Assembly (NCBI GenBank): GCA_038087875.1
Contig: CM075991.1
Coordinates: 11,720,001-11,784,000 of the forward strand
Reading direction: 5' to 3'
From: Malacoraja senta
Taxonomy: Eukaryota
DNA: 64,000 nucleotides
Positions 60,110 through 64,000 of the stretch are shown in pieces. A program made the position numbers and the translations under genes. How positions within the stretch are numbered: the stretch's first letter is position 1; each line of letters begins with the position of its first letter. The notes under the pieces were generated by a model. That model had not been told where the DNA came from, made no database searches, and saw nothing but the letters and a program-made list of their open reading frames with translations.

Positions 60110-60866
60110 ACATAGAACATAGAAAATAGGTGCAGGAGGAGGCCATTCGGCCCTTCGAGCCAGCACCGCCATTCATTGCGATCATGGATGATCGTCCCCA
60201 ATCAATAACCCATGCCTGCCTTCTCCCCATATCCCTTGATTGCACTAGCCCCTAGAGCTCTATCTAACTCTCTCTTAAATCCATCCACTGATTTGGCCTC
60301 CACTTCCCTCTGTGGCAGGGAATTCCACAAATTCACAACTCTCTGGGTGAAAAAGTTTTTTTCTCACCTCGGTCTTAAATGGCCTCCCTTTATTCTAAGA
60401 CTGTGGCCCCTGGTTCTGGACTCGCCCAACATTGGGACCATTTTTCCTGCATCTAGCTTGTCCAGTCCTTTTATAATTTTATATGTCTCTATAAGACCCC
60501 CCCTTATCCTTCTAAACTCCAGTGAATACAAGCCTAGTCTTTTCAATCTTTCCTCATATGACAGTCCCGCCATCCCAGGGATCAATCTTGTGAACCTATG
60601 CTGCACTGCCTCAATCACAAGGATGTCCTTCCTCAAATTAGGAGACCAAAACTGCACGCAATACTCCAGATGTGGTCTCACCAGAGCCCTATACAACTGC
60701 AGAAGAACCTCTCTACTCCTATACTGAAATCCTCTTGTTATGAAGGCCAACATTCCATTAGCTTTCTTCACTGCCTGCTGTACCTGCTGTATGCCAACTT
60801 TCAGTGACCGGTGTACAAGGACACCCAGGTCTCGCTGTACCTCCCACTTACCTAACCTAACCCCAT
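60110..60866 (-). mobile_element. CR1-clade LINE 3' end
   Basis: [34 protein letters not shown] plus the 3' tail repeat. Confidence 0.92.
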
Positions 60867-61110
60867 TCCATCGAGGGGATCTATCGCAGTCGCTGCCTCA
60901 AAGAGGCTGGCAGTATCATCAAGAACCCACACCATCCTGGCCACACACTCATCTCCCTGCTACCTTCAGGTAGAAGGTACAGGAGCCTGAAGACTGCAAC
61001 GACCAGGTTCAGGAATAGCTACTTCCCCACAGCCATCAGGCTATTAAACCTGGCTCGGACAAAACACTGAACTTTATTAGCCAATTAACTGTTATTTGCA
61101 CTTTATCAGT
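60867..61110 (+). mobile_element. Rex1/Babar-like LINE 3' end
   Basis: [34 protein letters not shown]....TRFRNSYFP.AIRLLN. Confidence 0.75.
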
Positions 61111-61982
61111 ATAGGGGGGTTGCACATAAGGTCACTGGGTCATAGGGCTTGACGCACAGAGCCGCTCAATCCATCTGGAGGACATCCGTCACTTCCGGTA
61201 TATGTTATTAATGCAAGAAACGCGTACTTTCCTACCTGTTAAAAACCGCCAAAATGTTGAATTTTTTCGCTGTAAAAAATTGTGGAAGTCGGGGTAAGTG
61301 TGAGAGACATGCACCCAACTTCAGAATTCCAAAAGTGAAGCGAAATGAAGGTAAAGAGAATCGAGAGCTGAAGGGACAACAGCAGCTAAAGTGCTTGGCA
61401 AACATTGGCCGTACAGATATCGGAATTGAAAATATTGGGAATTATCGCGTTTGCTCACTGCATTTCATCAACAGTAAGGCATTATTTGGGTTTTTTCTTG
61501 ATTCCTTTGGTATCTAAAGTCTCAGAAGTGATAAATCTGGTTGTAAATTTTGTTTTCTTTTTGTATGTAAAAACCCACTTGAGAACCTTGGGCGATTTAA
61601 AAATTTTAAAGCCAGATTTATCCCTTCTGAAACTTTTTAGATGCCAAAGGAATCAAGAAAAAACACAAATAATGCCTTAGTTGATGAAATGCAGTGAGCC
61701 AAGCACTTTGGCTGTTGTCCCTTCAGCTCTCGCTTCTATCTGCCGTGATTTCTCCTCACTTTTTGAATTCTGAAGTTGGCTAAATGTCTCTCACGCTTAT
61801 CCCGATTTCCATAATTATTTACAGCGCAAAAATTGACCATCTCGGCGGGTTTTAACGGGCCCGCTACGCTGGAAACAATGGTCAGTGCTTACCTGCAGTT
61901 CATCGCGTGTACTCCACTTGGCGTAGCGTAGCAACAGTATGGGTCATGGGTCGTGACCCGACTACCGTGAAACCTCCTTATA
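61111..61982. mobile_element. Fold-back DNA transposon derivative carrying two decayed THAP-domain arms
   Basis: Ends ATAGGGGGGTTGCAC / GTGAAACCTCCTTATA; arm 61254-61475 encodes ..AVKNCG..FRIPK..LANI.R.D..RVCSLHF; the inverted arm starts MVNFCAV at 61840; inserted in the tail of a Rex-like LINE. Confidence 0.7.
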
Positions 61983-62810
61983 TTGATTCATGTGTGTATA
62001 TATTTATAGAATGCCTTGTAGTCAATGATAGATATTTATTTGTTGTCATTTGAACCTAAGTTCAAACGAAATTCTGTTTCTGCAGTCATACAAACAAATA
62101 AAAGAACCAAGACACAACACAATTTACACAAACATCGATCACAGTGAATCTCCTCCTCACTGTGATGGAAGGCAAAGTCTTATCTCTCCCCTGCACTCCA
62201 CATTCTCCTCCCGATGTCAAAGTCAAAGCCCCCGGCGGGCGATTGCAGACATGTCCCGCGGCCATTAAAGCCGCGCCGGGCGATGCAAGGCCACGCTCCG
62301 GGTCTTGATGTTGTAGCCCCCGGTAGCGCCAGCAAGTCCCACAGCCACCAATGCCGCGCCGGGCGATGCCAGACCCCGCTCCAGGTCATCCCCAACCCCG
62401 CAACTCGGGCGGGAGTAGCTGCCGTTGCGGGAGCCCCGAAAAGCGGTCTCCCACCATGGACCCACGAGCTCCCGATGTCACCGTCCACCAGACCTGCGGC
62501 TGGAGCCTCCGAATCTCCGGGGTCGGGTAGCAGCAGCTCCTCCTGCTCCGAACTCGGCCAGCTCCGCGATGGCGAGTAGTCCGCAGGCTCCGCGACTGGA
62601 GCCCCAGGTCGTTCCGGTTGGAGGCCGCTCCACGGTGCTAGGCCCCAACGACAACGGAGACCCGACAGAGAAAGGTCGGGTCTCCCGTGCAGGGAAAAGA
62701 TTTTAAAAGTTTCCCCACCCCCACCCAATGCCTACTATGTTCTGTGTGCTGAAGCAAAGCAAGACTTTCATTGTCCTATCAGGGACTCATGACAATAAAC
62801 TCACTTGAAC

Positions 62811-63851
62811 TAGGTATGTTACAATACTTGCCTTCAGCGGCGCTGTAATTCTGTCACTGGCCGTGTGTGCGATTTTGGCGCCTTTAAGGGGGGGCGGGGT
62901 TAAAGCGCGGGTTTCTCCTCCCTTGTCCTGAATTATACTTTGTTGGAGTACCAGCTTCTCTGGAAGAAGCGTTCCGAGTGCCGTTTTGCGTAGTTTGTTT
63001 TAAAAATCTCCCAACAAGTTCAGCGTTGGAATCATTTTTAAATCATCTTCTGAAGCGTCAACGCCAACAACGGGGACGGATTTCACACAAGGGAAAGGTA
63101 AACGAAAGTGCTTTATGTTAATGTATAAACGTTCTCCTTAAGTGACCTTTAATTCACATTTTTACATGCGACACGGTGATTTTATTCCCCGAATTAACGG
63201 CAGTATTTTTCATGCCAATACGGGGTTAAATTCACCGCAAATGAACGTTCCAAAAGATCGCGTTCCAGAAATCCTCACTCGCAAGATGAATTAAATCCCC
63301 ATTAATTTACAGGTATTAAACATTCAATTCCTTCCATTTGGCCTGTAAATTCATGAAAATTAGATTTAAAAATTATGTTATATTGTGAATTATTGTGTGA
63401 ATGTTATTTGGACACTTAGGCTATTTAAAAATGTTAATCTATTCTTAAGAAATTGATAGATGTTTAGATCTAGTAATTGAATTTTGTAATTAGCTACAAT
63501 TAGGTAACTAACTAATTATATGCTTTGCTTTCATGTCTTCGAAGTAAGATTGTTTCATATTTGTTTCAGAATGTTTCAATCTATAATAACTGAAAATTTC
63601 TTTCGGTTATCATAATTTTTAAGAAAGTTATGGGCTTTTAACTGTCCTCGATCACAGCTTTTGTGTTAAGTCAATGGAAAAGCAATAGGGAACTAGATGC
63701 TAATTTCTGAGTATGATAATGGCCATAGCTTTTTTAATACTGACGATATGAAAGTGAATTAGGTGTCAAATTAAACTTCTTTTTATGCTTTATCTGATGG
63801 GATAAATTGCAGACTTTATTTTTAAAATCTCAAACATTTGTAACATTGCTA
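62811..63851. mobile_element. Non-autonomous TIR element (TAG...CTA), copy 2
   Basis: Reverse-complement homolog of 23339-24376; flanked by a 35-bp direct repeat (62776-62810 and 63852-63886). Confidence 0.9.
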
Positions 63852-64000
63852 CTATCAGGGACTCATGACAATAAACTCACTTGAACTTGAGATTATTATA
63901 TCAATCAATGCCCCCTTGTATTTGCCGCCATAAATAAACCTCACACATTGATCTCTATCCACCCTTGTGCCCCCCCTGCTCTTCCCCCCGCAGGTCTCTC

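Noticed and set aside
62180..62728. 182-aa and 121-aa GC-rich ORFs or a second CpG island promoter
   Set aside because: Looks like the GC-rich body of a retroelement-derived repeat embedded among other TEs; no domain or splice support.

Overview
Eukaryotic, intron-rich vertebrate DNA. The repeat content (CR1-type LINE 3' ends, V-SINE/HE1-like tRNA SINEs, fold-back Penelope-type repeats) points to a cartilaginous fish, probably a skate or ray (inference). I reconstructed two + strand multi-exon genes by hand from splice sites and phases. (1) A CCAR2/DBC1-like gene: CpG island at ~9.7-10.2 kb and 15 coding exons at 12588-39312. Unlike mammalian CCAR2 it appears to keep a SAP domain. Its 3' end is lost at a 200-N gap (39579-39778). 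(2) A TNFRSF10-like death receptor: 10 exons at 40814-52898 with three CRDs, a TM helix and a death domain; its first exon was not found. The rest is mostly transposable elements: a near-complete Tc1, several hAT and Harbinger-like MITEs, a THAP-remnant fold-back element, and RTE, RTE-X, Rex and CR1 LINE fragments, plus minisatellites. The most unusual observations are: a ~1.04-kb TAG...CTA inverted-repeat element present twice with very different target duplications (7 bp vs 35 bp); a heavily diverged histone H3-like relic (GGKVPRKQLAT) with an inverted paralogous segment; an anomalous CCAR2 splice junction coupled to a frameshift; and minimal hammerhead-ribozyme cores in the abundant fold-back repeats. 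All homology calls come from recalled family motifs, not database searches.
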